A DNA stretch of 63,930 bases, filler included, from Nitrospirae bacterium CG2_30_53_67 (GTDB taxonomy: Bacteria > CG2-30-53-67): the NCBI GenBank assembly GCA_001873285.1. It is 7 parts of 7 records of this genome, joined end to end, with 100 filler letters (N's around TTAATTAATTAA, not from the genome) between each part and the next. Parts side by side here need not be neighbours in the genome. Positions count along the whole stretch, not along the records: positions 46,987 to 53,184 come from MNYV01000077.1; positions 53,285 to 59,375 come from MNYV01000058.1; 5 more parts are not named here. The stretch is one strand, 5' to 3'. Positions within the stretch are counted from its first letter, which is position 1. Every line of letters begins with the position of its first letter. The position numbers were made by a program, and so were the translations under genes. The notes under the pieces were generated by a model, which saw nothing but the letters and a program-made list of their open reading frames with translations, did not search any database and was not told where the DNA came from. Positions 49,735 through 59,372 of the stretch are shown here, in pieces.

Positions 49735-51531
49735 ATGAAGCGGAAAAAAAGAACTCAGAACGGAGGCAAACTCCGTATCGGCGATAGCTGGAACGCCATC
49801 ACGATCATTGCTCTCTCACAGAGTAATCCCTTGAAGGCGATCGCGGAGTTTGTGGAGAACAGCATCGATGCCCATGCGCGCAACGTGACCATCATCCGGG
49901 GGCGGGACAAGGGCGCTCCTTACCTCAAGGTCATCGATGACGGCGACGGGATCCCCCTGGACGGCGACGGGCTTCCCAACTTCAAGTATGTCGCCACCCA
50001 TATCTGCGATTCGATCAAGAGGCAGTTGAAAAGGGAGGGGGCCTCGAACCTCCAGGGGGAGTTCGGGATCGGTCTGCTCAGTTTCTGGACCGTCGGGGAG
50101 GAGTTGAGACTCGTTTCGGCATCGAGTGATGGCAAACACTATGAGATGGCGATGACCAAGGGATCGCCCGGTTACCAGATCGGCCGGCGGCATACTCTCC
50201 TCTCCTCCGAGGGGACGGAACTGACCATCTCCCCCTTGCTTCCGGGGGTACGCCACCTCAACGGGGAAAAGATCCAGCGCTATCTGGCCTCGGAGTTGCG
50301 GGACCGGATCCGGAGATCCGGCGTGAAGATCAAGGTGGTCGACCGGACAGCGAGAAAGGAGATCCCCGTGGAGCCCCGTGAGTTTTCCGGCCGGCTCCTT
50401 CACCAGCTTCCTGAGGCGGTCTCTCCGGCGGGCGAGATCTATCATGAGATCTACCTCAACGAGTCGAATACGGAGAACCGCGTGGGTTTGTACCGCTCGG
50501 GGACACGGGTCATCCCTTGCATCACCGAACTGGAACGGTTCAACCGGGAACCCTGGACCTCGGGCTGGCTCGAAGGGATCATCGATGTCCCCTATCTCAA
50601 TCTGACGCCGAGCACCCGGAGCGGTATCATTCAAGACGAACGTTTGGAAGATTTTTCGACTGCGATTCATCCCCTTGAAGAGAAGCTCATCGAGATCGTG
50701 GCGGAGCAGCGAAGGGCCGAGGAGGAACGGGCAAGCCGGAAGATTCTGAAGACGGTACAGAATGCCCTGAAGGAGGCGATCCTCTCGCTTCCGCAGGAAG
50801 AATACGACTGGTTTGATATTCACGTCCGGTCCCGGAGCGGGAAACCTTCCGTGGAGCGGGAGGCCGAAGGAGACGCGGTCGAGGGGAAGGCAATCCCGGA
50901 GGAAACCAGGGAAGGCCCCCGTCAGAAGGAGTTTTTTGAGTTTGCCGGTCCTCTTTTCAGCGCGCGTATCTCTCCGGCTTCTGCCGTTGTCGCCGTGGGA
51001 AAGAGCAAGGGATTCCGGGCGGTCCCCCGGGACAAGAGCCGGAGACTCGTGGAAGAAGGCCTGACCTTCGAATGGAAGATTGAAGAAGGGGGCGGAAGGC
51101 TGGAGGACCCCACGGACGAGATTGTCACATTCACCGCGCCCGCTGAACCGGGCCTGGTGAAGTTGTCCCTTACCGTAACGCAGGGAGAGACGGCCGTGAC
51201 TGCCGAGGGGCTTGTTACCGTTTCCGATTCGATCCTGCCGAAACAGCCGGGCGGAGATGCTGCGGCCAAGGGACTACCCGGTTATACCTTTCAGCGGGCG
51301 CCGGGAGATCTCTGGCGGTCGAGGTATGAAGAAAAGCAGAATCTCATCGTCATCAACAATGGGCACCGAGATTTCGTCTATGCCTCCAAGAGCCGGGCGA
51401 GGAAGCTCCGTTACATCTGCCGCCTTTTTGCCAAGGAACTGGTGTACCGCAATTTTCCCGGCATGCCTGCGGACCAGCTCCTGGAGCGAATGATCGAGCT
51501 TTCCCTCTACACCGAAGAGCACCTCAAATAA
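49735..51531 (+). CDS. Stand-alone GHKL-family ATPase (HATPase_c_3-like) with a C-terminal beta-rich/Ig-like region
   Basis: AIAEFVENSIDA, DDGDGI, GEFGIG, GT motifs. Confidence 0.82.
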   Translation: MKRKKRTQNGGKLRIGDSWNAITIIALSQSNPLKAIAEFVENSIDAHARNVTIIRGRDKGAPYLKVIDDGDGIPLDGDGLPNFKYVATHICDSIKRQLKREGASNLQGEFGIGLLSFWTVGEELRLVSASSDGKHYEMAMTKGSPGYQIGRRHTLLSSEGTELTISPLLPGVRHLNGEKIQRYLASELRDRIRRSGVKIKVVDRTARKEIPVEPREFSGRLLHQLPEAVSPAGEIYHEIYLNESNTENRVGLYRSGTRVIPCITELERFNREPWTSGWLEGIIDVPYLNLTPSTRSGIIQDERLEDFSTAIHPLEEKLIEIVAEQRRAEEERASRKILKTVQNALKEAILSLPQEEYDWFDIHVRSRSGKPSVEREAEGDAVEGKAIPEETREGPRQKEFFEFAGPLFSARISPASAVVAVGKSKGFRAVPRDKSRRLVEEGLTFEWKIEEGGGRLEDPTDEIVTFTAPAEPGLVKLSLTVTQGETAVTAEGLVTVSDSILPKQPGGDAAAKGLPGYTFQRAPGDLWRSRYEEKQNLIVINNGHRDFVYASKSRARKLRYICRLFAKELVYRNFPGMPADQLLERMIELSLYTEEHLK

Positions 51532-51689
51532 GTCCAGTCCAGGGTACCCAGACTTTGATAATCGGATATTGACTTTCTACGACCCCTCCTGATCCTTCCT
51601 GTTCCTGCCATCCTCAACCTCATCCCGCCTGATTCGAGGATCTGCTCGATTTCCTTCCATATCATCATAGTTGATCATGACTTCGAGTG

Positions 51690-51858
51690 AAAAGGAAAAG
51701 AGAAAAGGCCGGGAAATTCCTCATCTCAAGGGGGGCCCGTTATCCGAGGGGCTTGCCTGTGTGCTCTTATTCCTTGTCTCCGGTGGATTCAAGGCAAAGA
51801 AACTGGATTGCCCGGTCAAGCCCCGGTAAACCGAGGGCAAGCCGGACAATGACAAACT
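51690..51858 (+). repeat. Direct repeat R2
   Basis: See R1. Also preceded (51640-51690) by a second copy of the antitoxin fragment that precedes R1. Confidence 0.9.
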
Positions 51859-51895
51859 ATTCTCGGCTGAAGGCTTCCTGAAGCCGTCTACTGAA

Positions 51896-52288
51896 TCAGT
51901 CTTCCTTCCGACCGGCTATGCTTTCTATTTCTTCAAAAACGTTCGTAAGTCTGATAAGGTGGGATTCAGCGATGCCTCCACTTCTAAGGTGTTTGTGGTG
52001 CGGGAAAGAGGTCAGATTTCTTGCTCTTGGATCGGGTGCGTTATCGTAGCGGAAGAGAACATCCGCCCCATAGCGGTAGTTGTAACCGTATGAATATTTT
52101 TCCACGACCTGGCCCTTGTGTTCGACGAACTCCTTGAAGTCGAGCGTGAAACCATTCTTGAACTCTATTGTGCCGGAAATGAAGGCGATGTCGCTCGTTT
52201 TCCTGTCGATGGTGAGGATGTATGAGGAGACGATGGAATAAGAGGCGATGAGCGTTTCCACTTCGGCGATGTAGTTATCGATACTCAA
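51896..52288 (-). CDS. DUF6516/TumE-like toxin
   Basis: LDFKEF..KYSY..LFRYDNAPD..FPHHKH. Confidence 0.78.
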   Translation of the reverse strand: MSIDNYIAEVETLIASYSIVSSYILTIDRKTSDIAFISGTIEFKNGFTLDFKEFVEHKGQVVEKYSYGYNYRYGADVLFRYDNAPDPRARNLTSFPHHKHLRSGGIAESHLIRLTNVFEEIESIAGRKED

Positions 52289-52550
52289 AATTGATTTCCT
52301 CGAGGGATTTCAATTTCCGCTCGACCCGCTTCAGTGTTTCAATCTCGCCTTCCCACTCGAGAAGTTCCATATCCCCGATTTTACCGTAGAGCTTTTTCCG
52401 GTCCGGTGAGCCGTACTTTTTCTCAAACTCCGTGATCTTGTTCCGGATTCTTTCCACGGTCTTTCTGAGCACATGGGCTTCAGTGTCGATGGCAATCTTG
52501 ATTCTTTCGCGTGTCCAGTTGTCGTCTGCTTCGATGATTAACTTGGTCAC
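52275..52550 (-). CDS. Putative antitoxin (TumA-like)
   Basis: 91 aa, FEKKYG..ELLEW. Overlaps the downstream toxin gene. Confidence 0.7.
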   Translation of the reverse strand: MTKLIIEADDNWTRERIKIAIDTEAHVLRKTVERIRNKITEFEKKYGSPDRKKLYGKIGDMELLEWEGEIETLKRVERKLKSLEEINFEYR

Positions 52551-52696
52551 CGAAATTCACCCCCTCACTGGAACCATTATATCCAACTTTGGTTCTCGGT
52601 ACCCTTGCTTGGGAAAGGTAGATTTCTCAAGCAGGTGAATGCAAGTTCAGGATAGCAGGTGGTTTCAGGCATGTCAATAAGAATCCTGTGGAAAAT

Positions 52697-52857
52697 CAAG
52701 GAGAAAAGGCCGAGAAATTCCTCATCTCAAAAGGGGTCCGTTACCCTATGGGGTTGCCTGTGTGCTCTTATTCCTTGTCTCCGGTGGATTCAAGGCAAAG
52801 AAACTGGATTGCCCGGTCAAGGCCCCGGTAAACCGAGGTCAAGCCGGGCAATGACAA
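52697..52857 (+). repeat. Direct repeat R3
   Basis: See R1. Confidence 0.9.
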
Positions 52858-52944
52858 GGCGCCGTCATCCCCGGCTCCGGGTGTCATCCCCCGACTCGAT
52901 CGGGGGTCGGAGGACAGGCATTTTTGTCGGAGGCCCATTTTTAC

Positions 52945-52973
52945 TTGACAAGAGATACCTCTAAGGGTAACAT
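52945..52973 (+). promoter_or_regulatory. Putative sigma70 promoter, probably giving a leaderless mRNA
   Basis: TTGACA-17-TAACAT ends 5 nt before the ATG at 52979. No RBS. Confidence 0.5.
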
Positions 52974-52978
52974 ATTTT

Positions 52979-53173
52979 ATGGGAAAGGTGCGACGAGGCG
53001 GGTTCGTCTTTTTCACTTGGGCAGGTGACCATGGGCCTCGGCATGTGCATGTCTACAAAGACGGAAAGCTCGTCGTCAAATGGGACCTGGAAAACGAGAT
53101 GCCGATGAAAGGTAAACCGTCTCGCAAGGTGATCGAACTGATCCGTGAATTGCTGTCTGAGGGGTTGATATGA
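52979..53173 (+). CDS. DUF4160 protein (TA-associated). A partner gene starts at 53170 (MKISS) and is cut by the gap.
   Basis: GDHGPRHVHV motif and an ATGA stop/start overlap. Confidence 0.78.
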   Translation: MGKVRRGGFVFFTWAGDHGPRHVHVYKDGKLVVKWDLENEMPMKGKPSRKVIELIRELLSEGLI

Positions 53174-53406
53174 AGATTAGCTCTNNNNNNNNNNNNNNNN
53201 NNNNNNNNNNNNNNNNNNNNNNNNNNNNTTAATTAATTAANNNNNNNNNNNNNNNNNNNNNNNNNNNNNNNNNNNNNNNNNNNNACGCACAGGCAGGAAA
53301 GATGCTTGGCAGAAGGTTGCAGGCAATGCCGAGGGGGAGACCTCGGAAGAGAAAGCAATAAATGGGCGCTGTCCCTATTATTCCTACCTATTATTCCTAT
53401 TATTCC

Positions 53407-53540
53407 GCTGGGGTAAAGCGTCTCGTGTACCTGGGCGGATTAGGAGTAAAAGCGACCGCCAGTCGTCATCTGTTGAGCCGGATTGAGACCGGCGAAATAT
53501 TGAGTGCCCGTCCCGAGATTTTACAAACTATTTGGTTCAG
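53407..53540 (+). pseudogene. Internal fragment of an NAD(P)-binding (SDR/NmrA-like) gene
   Basis: AGVKRLVYLGGLG..SRHLLSRIETGEIL..WFR, with neither terminus present. Confidence 0.6.
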
Positions 53541-53634
53541 AAAAAGACTACAGAACAAAAAGAGTTAACAAGCGGATACCTTGTGGGTCGCTGGAAATCG
53601 GCGATAAAGCCTCCCCCGCTTCTGCTTTTTATAA

Positions 53635-53663
53635 TTGACTATGCGATCGTTCATCTGTAAAAT
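53635..53663 (+). promoter_or_regulatory. Putative sigma70 promoter of the TA operon
   Basis: TTGACT-17-TAAAAT. Confidence 0.55.
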
Positions 53664-53741
53664 ATCAGAAAATATCAGCATAGGGTGGTTGTCAATATGG
53701 ATTTGGCGTAGTTTCAGCCACATTTCAATAAGGAGATTGCT

Positions 53742-53975
53742 ATGAAGTTAACTGTCGAACAAATTGCAGAAGAAGCTCTTTCACTTTCCAGTGACGCACG
53801 CGCCCTTCTTGCCGACAGATTAGTGGAAAGCCTGGATCCAGCTGAAGACGACTATGTACGTCAACTCTGGATAACAGAAGCATGTCGCCGTCAAAATGAT
53901 ATTCGCAGTGGCCGCGTTCAAACAATTCCCGGTGATGTCGCCTTGGCGCAAGTCAGACAGGCCGTCAAGAAATGA
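53742..53975 (+). CDS. Addiction-module antitoxin (unstable antitoxin family)
   Basis: ALSL..RALLADRLVESLD..W..EA.RR..I.SG.V. AAGGAG RBS. Confidence 0.88.
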   Translation: MKLTVEQIAEEALSLSSDARALLADRLVESLDPAEDDYVRQLWITEACRRQNDIRSGRVQTIPGDVALAQVRQAVKK

Positions 53976-54265
53976 AATATGATTTTCATCCGGAAGCCCT
54001 GGAAGAATACCAAGATGCAGCCCGATATTACGAGGCTTGCCAATCCGGTCTTGGGCATCGTTTTATCGAAGCGATTGAGTACGCTATTCAGCATATTATC
54101 GAAAAACCTGAACAATGGAAACCACTCGAAAAGGATGTCCGCCGGTATCTGACACGCGTATTTCCTTATGCCATTCTTTACTCCATCGAAACAAATTACA
54201 TTCTTATCATAGCGGTAATGCACTGCCATCGAGAACCCGGCTACTGGAAAACTCGTATTCGATAG
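53972..54265 (+). CDS. RelE/ParE-family toxin
   Basis: FHPEA..YYE..LG.RF..FPYAILY..IIAVMH..R.PGYW. ATGA overlap with the antitoxin. Confidence 0.92.
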   Translation: MKYDFHPEALEEYQDAARYYEACQSGLGHRFIEAIEYAIQHIIEKPEQWKPLEKDVRRYLTRVFPYAILYSIETNYILIIAVMHCHREPGYWKTRIR

Positions 54266-54310
54266 GCAGTCGCATATCTCAGGCCAATAATACAGCCCAG
54301 AGTGACAAGC

Positions 54311-54370
54311 ATCCAACCAGCGGGTCCACGGCGACGCGCCAAAAGGCGGCGCGTGACCCGCGTGTTATGC
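54311..54370 (+). mobile_element. Integron attC site (60 bp), solitary in this window
   Basis: R'' ATCCAAC, 5-nt spacer, L'' GGTCCACG, central hairpin, L' CGTGACC, 5-nt spacer, R' GTTATGC. L''/L' pair with a single extra base. Confidence 0.75.
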
Positions 54371-54415
54371 CTTTGAGATACAATACCGCATTGCGGTTGA
54401 TAACATAACCGTAGA

Positions 54416-55222
54416 TTAAAGATGTTTTACAGGTTTGCCCGTGGATCTGGCGGCGTTGCTGCGTGCGATCCAGGCGGCCCCGACCGCGCCGACGATCTGC
54501 GGCTCATCGGGAATATTCAAAGAGAGTTTTAATCGTTCCTGCAAGGCATCCACCACACCCTTGTTTTTTGCCACCCCGCCCGTCATGGTTACGGGAGAAG
54601 CATAGGGAATCCGCTGAATCAGTGCGGCTGTCCGCTCTGCAATGGATGCAAAGAGCCCGCGCACAATATCTTCCACGGGGCGCCCTTCGGATAATAAGGA
54701 AATGACTTCGGATTCAGCGAAAACCGTACAAAGGCTGCTGATGGACTGGGTTTTTCCTGAATCAAATGGAACGGCGGACATCCGGAGAATGCCCATGTCT
54801 AAAACACCGGCCATGAACTCAAGAAAACGTCCTGTGCCTGCGGCACAGCGGTCGTTCATAACAAAATCGAGCACGCCTCCGGATCCGTCTAAAAGAATCG
54901 CCTTGCTGTCCTGCCCTCCGATATCAATCACCGTTCTTGTTTCAGGAAAAAAATGGAAAGCGCCTCTGGCATGACAGGTGATCTCGGTCATATGAATGGA
55001 GGCCGAATCAACCCGTTTTTTTCCATACCCGGTGGAGACGACCTTCAAGACATCCCTCCGGTCAATCCCTCCCTTTTCAAGACAGGATGCAAAGACCTGC
55101 TCTGCGGCCTTCCGTCCTTGAATCCCGGTTTCTACGATATTCGAGGAGACCACTCTTCCTCCCGAGTCAAGAACTGCTGCCTTGGTGGTTCGAGACCCGA
55201 CATCAATGCCCGCAAAAAACAT
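54416..55222 (-). CDS. Acyl-CoA dehydratase activase (HgdC/BadG family)
   Basis: GIDVGS, TGYG, EITCHARG, IDIGGQDSK, MNDRCAAGTGRFLE, CTVFAESEVIS, TGGVAKN. Confidence 0.93.
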   Translation of the reverse strand: MFFAGIDVGSRTTKAAVLDSGGRVVSSNIVETGIQGRKAAEQVFASCLEKGGIDRRDVLKVVSTGYGKKRVDSASIHMTEITCHARGAFHFFPETRTVIDIGGQDSKAILLDGSGGVLDFVMNDRCAAGTGRFLEFMAGVLDMGILRMSAVPFDSGKTQSISSLCTVFAESEVISLLSEGRPVEDIVRGLFASIAERTAALIQRIPYASPVTMTGGVAKNKGVVDALQERLKLSLNIPDEPQIVGAVGAAWIARSNAARSTGKPVKHL

Positions 55223-55384
55223 GAGACCCTCTGATTCATCGTCCTTTTGTTGACCATTAAGATCCTAACACAGGGCGCCTTGGGTATCAAGGCCTTCCTC
55301 TGTCCCTGAAAAACAGATCTTTCTTGACACCCTTTTCAGAACAGGTTTATACTGAAATTGAGTCATCGGAGCAGCGCCAAAACC

Positions 55385-55951
55385 ATGGAAAAAGCGGGTC
55401 TGAAAAAACAACGGTATTTTATTGAAAGAGACCTTTTCTTTCAGACGCTGACCTTGCTTTTAACCGTTCTGCTGGGCGGTTTTCTTCTTCTTCTTCTTTC
55501 AAAAACCATCAGCGGACACGTGGACTCCTCCATTCTCTTCCTCATGCTTTTTGTGGGTTACTTTCTGCTGATCATCTTTTTTGCCTGGTCCCTGTCGAAA
55601 AAATTCATCGGGCCCTTTAGCCGCCTCAAAGAAAATATGAAGGATATCGCCAAAGGCGATCTCTGTCTGCGTTTGACGGTTCGAACCGGTGATGATATCA
55701 GGATCCGAAGTTTTGTAGAAGACGCCAACCGCATGATCGCCGCCGTCAATAACAGCCTGGGCAAGGTCCAGGAGCAAAGCGAGAACCTTGAAAAAACGCT
55801 CAACAGTCTTATTCTCAGGACCCAGGCAGATCCTATGATCCCAAAAGAGGAATGTCTGGGATATTTGCAGGACCTCCTCACACAAACAAAACAAATCGGT
55901 CAGGCCGCTCGGTGTTTCAAAACCAAAAAAATCTCGGATCGAAACATCTGA
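55385..55951 (+). CDS. Two-TM HAMP-domain protein
   Basis: Two hydrophobic helices, then IGPFSRLK..IAKGDL..R.GDD. Confidence 0.75.
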   Translation: MEKAGLKKQRYFIERDLFFQTLTLLLTVLLGGFLLLLLSKTISGHVDSSILFLMLFVGYFLLIIFFAWSLSKKFIGPFSRLKENMKDIAKGDLCLRLTVRTGDDIRIRSFVEDANRMIAAVNNSLGKVQEQSENLEKTLNSLILRTQADPMIPKEECLGYLQDLLTQTKQIGQAARCFKTKKISDRNI

Positions 55952-56045
55952 CATCCTCCCCATATCTTCTTCTCCCTCCCTGAGTCCTTTTTGACAATCC
56001 GGTCGAATTATTATATGGTGATCAGAAAGGCGCATCCATCTCGGA

Positions 56046-59000
56046 GTGATGCCCTCGAAAGAGAACCGGTCCATCTTTATCTATTATCCCCGTGGATCAT
56101 CCAGGATGAGCGGACTAAAATCTCTGTTAGAAAATAAACCCTCTCCTGAAGAGGCTGGACCTCTTCTCGGGGATTATCATCTTCCTCCGAGCAAAACCGT
56201 CATTGAGAACCTTAAATCCATCGCTTTATGGGCCTCTCCAAGGCAAAAACCCGAGACATTCCTCATGAGTCTCCTTAAAAACATCAGGGATTCAGCCCAT
56301 CCGGAACAGGCCCTGAATCAGGCGGAACGTTTTTTTTGCCGGATAAAAGACCCGGAGGAAATTTTTCGGATATTCCAGCAGAAAAAGCATCCCCTCAGGA
56401 TACTCTGCACCGTCTTCGGAGCCAGCCCGTTTTTGAGCGGCATCCTGATTCAGGATCCCGATCTTTTCTCATGGCTGATCGAGGATGCGGTCTGGAACTC
56501 ATCCCCTGAAAAAGGGCCGCTCATTCAGGAGATTCTCAACGCCTGCCGGGGAATCTCGGATCTTAAGCAGGCCTATCCGGCGCTGCGCCGGATCAAACAG
56601 AGAGAGATGCTTCGTATCGGAGCCAAGGACCTGACAGGATCTTCGGATTTTTCCGAAACCACCCGGTCTCTGACCACCCTGGCCGAGGCGGCCATTGAGG
56701 CCGCCTATCAGACGGCCGATCGTTTTATGAAGATTCGGTACGGGCGGCCTATGATGGAGGATCCATCCGGTACGCCTCGAGAGTGCCGCTTTGCCGTTCT
56801 CGGGATGGGCAAGCTCGGCGGCGCCGAACTCAACTTCAGCTCGGACATTGATCTTCTCTACCTCTATGAATCGGACCAGGGAGAAACCACGGGCGTGTCC
56901 GATGCCTACGGCGGGGTTCAAGGAAGCATGGGCAACCACCTTTATTTTGTCAGACTTTCCGAAGCATTGACCGACATGCTGCATGCGAACACCGAGGATG
57001 GTTTCGTATTCCGAGTGGATCTTCGCCTCCGTCCGGAAGGGTCTCAGGGTCCCGTTGCATCATCTCTTAGAACTTTTGAACTCTATTATGAATCCTTCGG
57101 CCGGACCTGGGAGAGAGCCGCCCTGACCAAATGCCGTCCTGTGGCCGGAGATCTCTCTTTTGGCAAGGAATTTGAAAACATGGTCAGGCCTTTTGTGTAC
57201 CGTAAGTACCTCGACTATGAGGCCATTGACGAAATCAAGGAGATGAAAAAGAAGATTCTCAAAAAGCTTGGGCAGAGAACTTCCCGAGGTGACAACATCA
57301 AGCTCGGCCGCGGCGGAATCCGAGAAATAGAATTTTTCATCCAGGCGCTCCAACTCATCTATGGAGGGAGGATCACCTGGATACGTGAAAGAAATTCCCT
57401 GCGCGCATTGCACAGGCTTTGCGATAAAGAGCTGATCACCTATGAGGATTTTTCCTCGCTTTCAAAGGCATACATTTTTTTGAGGGATGTGGAGCACAAG
57501 CTTCAAATCGAGAACCAGCTCCAACTCCAGACCCTTCCCACGGACCCGTCCAGACTTGAACAGCTTGCCAGGCGATGCGGCGCGAGAGATCTCCGGAATT
57601 TTCTTCAGGATCTCGATGGTCATAGGAGCCGAGTGCAAAGGCTTTTTGAAAACCTTTTTTACGAAAAAGAACGGGGACTCGGCGAAGAAGACTCTCCTGT
57701 GCACGACATCCTCAGTGAAGATCCGGAGGTAGAGGAGGTCCACAGGCATCTATCCCTGCTCGGGTTTCAGAATCCCCATATCGCCTATAAAAACATCATC
57801 CTCTTGAAGGAAGGCCCACCCTATGCACATACCTCATCCCGCTGCAAGGTCCTTTTCCGGAAGATCGCGCCGGCCCTGCTCAAGGAGGTTTCCTCTTCTC
57901 CGGATCCGGATATGGCCCTAAACAACCTGGAACGTTTTGTTTCCATATACGGCGCCAGGGAGATCTTTTACGGACTTCTTGGAGAAACTCCCCCTTTTCT
58001 TAAAAAAATTGTTTTTGTTTTCAGCATGAGCAGTTACCTTTCCAACCTCCTGGTCCGCCATCCCGACACCATTGAAGTTCTTATCGGAGAGGATCTCATG
58101 CATCCGGAACCCCCATCGGAGATTCTCTTTCGTACCCTGATGCAGGGAATGAAAAAAATTTCTTCCAGCCCGGAGAGAATGGACCTTCTCCGTCGTTTCA
58201 AACACCTGGAGGAAATGAAAATCGGGCTCCGGGATATCCTCATGGATACGGACCTCCTTGAAACCTCACAGGCTTTGAGCCGCCTGGCTGACGCCTGCCT
58301 CGAGACGGCATATACCCTCGCCATGGAAGAGCTTGTGAAGACCTACGGCAGTCCGCAGAACCCTCTTGGAGAAGATGCAGGGTTTGCCGTCATGGGAGCA
58401 GGAAAACTCGGATCCGAGGAGCTCATCTACGGGTCCGATCTCGATCTCATCTTTGTTTACTCAGAAGATGGAGAATGTTCAGGTCACGGAAAGATAACCA
58501 ACAAGGATTTCTTTACCCGTCTTGCAGGCCGGATCACGGCCATCCTCTCCACCATGACTGCAGAAGGGATGGCCTACCGTGTAGATCTGCGCTTAAGACC
58601 TCAGGGAGAGGCCGGACCTCTGGTCCAGTCCCTGGAAGGGTTCCATGAATACCTCGATCAGAGCATACAACCGTGGGAACGGCAGGCGCTCACCAGGGTC
58701 CGCTTCTGCGCCGGAGACAAGAAAACCGGTGAGCGGCTGAGATCCTTGATTACAGAGACGCTTTTTCACCATCCGCCGGATCCGGAACTCCATAAAAAAG
58801 TCCTGGAAATGAGAATGAAAATTGAACAGGAGAAGGCCCGGCAGAGCGAGGCGCTTCTTTTTTTCAAAACCGGAGCGGGGGGGCTGATCGACATCGAGTT
58901 TCTGGTGCAGTATCTTCAGCTTCGCTACGGGTATGAAAACCCGGAGATCCGGTTCCCGGGGACACTCCGGATTTTAAATACAGCATGCAGACTGGGCTTT

Positions 59001-59264
59001 CTATCAGAAGAGGACGCCGCATTACTTAAGGCATCCTATCTCTTCCTCAGCCGTCTTGAAAGCCGCACCCGGATCGTTCAAGACCGCCCCATTACCTCTC
59101 TTTCCTCAGATCCGGGGAAAAACCGGGCCCTGGCCCTTCGCATGGGTTATGCAAACAACGATACGGAACCTCCAGGCCGGAAGCTTCTTGACGACTATCA
59201 CGCCGTCACTCAGAAGACCCGTGAGATTTTCCTCCGCCTTCTTAGTGGTCCTGCTCGTAAATAG
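56046..59264 (+). CDS. glnE: Glutamine synthetase adenylyltransferase/deadenylylase
   Basis: Two nucleotidyltransferase halves (MGKLGGAELNFSSDIDL, RVDLRLRP, GGIREIEF and GKLGSEELIYGSDLDL, GGLIDIEF). The start may be ATG 56106. Confidence 0.96.
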   Translation: MMPSKENRSIFIYYPRGSSRMSGLKSLLENKPSPEEAGPLLGDYHLPPSKTVIENLKSIALWASPRQKPETFLMSLLKNIRDSAHPEQALNQAERFFCRIKDPEEIFRIFQQKKHPLRILCTVFGASPFLSGILIQDPDLFSWLIEDAVWNSSPEKGPLIQEILNACRGISDLKQAYPALRRIKQREMLRIGAKDLTGSSDFSETTRSLTTLAEAAIEAAYQTADRFMKIRYGRPMMEDPSGTPRECRFAVLGMGKLGGAELNFSSDIDLLYLYESDQGETTGVSDAYGGVQGSMGNHLYFVRLSEALTDMLHANTEDGFVFRVDLRLRPEGSQGPVASSLRTFELYYESFGRTWERAALTKCRPVAGDLSFGKEFENMVRPFVYRKYLDYEAIDEIKEMKKKILKKLGQRTSRGDNIKLGRGGIREIEFFIQALQLIYGGRITWIRERNSLRALHRLCDKELITYEDFSSLSKAYIFLRDVEHKLQIENQLQLQTLPTDPSRLEQLARRCGARDLRNFLQDLDGHRSRVQRLFENLFYEKERGLGEEDSPVHDILSEDPEVEEVHRHLSLLGFQNPHIAYKNIILLKEGPPYAHTSSRCKVLFRKIAPALLKEVSSSPDPDMALNNLERFVSIYGAREIFYGLLGETPPFLKKIVFVFSMSSYLSNLLVRHPDTIEVLIGEDLMHPEPPSEILFRTLMQGMKKISSSPERMDLLRRFKHLEEMKIGLRDILMDTDLLETSQALSRLADACLETAYTLAMEELVKTYGSPQNPLGEDAGFAVMGAGKLGSEELIYGSDLDLIFVYSEDGECSGHGKITNKDFFTRLAGRITAILSTMTAEGMAYRVDLRLRPQGEAGPLVQSLEGFHEYLDQSIQPWERQALTRVRFCAGDKKTGERLRSLITETLFHHPPDPELHKKVLEMRMKIEQEKARQSEALLFFKTGAGGLIDIEFLVQYLQLRYGYENPEIRFPGTLRILNTACRLGFLSEEDAALLKASYLFLSRLESRTRIVQDRPITSLSSDPGKNRALALRMGYANNDTEPPGRKLLDDYHAVTQKTREIFLRLLSGPARK

Positions 59265-59327
59265 GGTGGTCTCATCAAGGTGTGCGACTGCGGCTTACCC
59301 CCTGTGGTACGCCGCTCTACGAGCCTT

Positions 59328-59372
59328 CGAATAATAGGCGAATAATAGCGAATAATACGAATAATAGGGACA
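59328..59372 (+). repeat. Short tandem repeat (CGAATAATA[G]n) x4 ending in GGGAC
   Basis: Read directly. A related inverted array lies at 53371-53407. Confidence 0.8.

Noticed and set aside
48700..52857. Repeats R1-R3 as a CRISPR array
   Set aside because: The units are ~160 bp with kb-scale, gene-containing spacers, and there are no cas genes.
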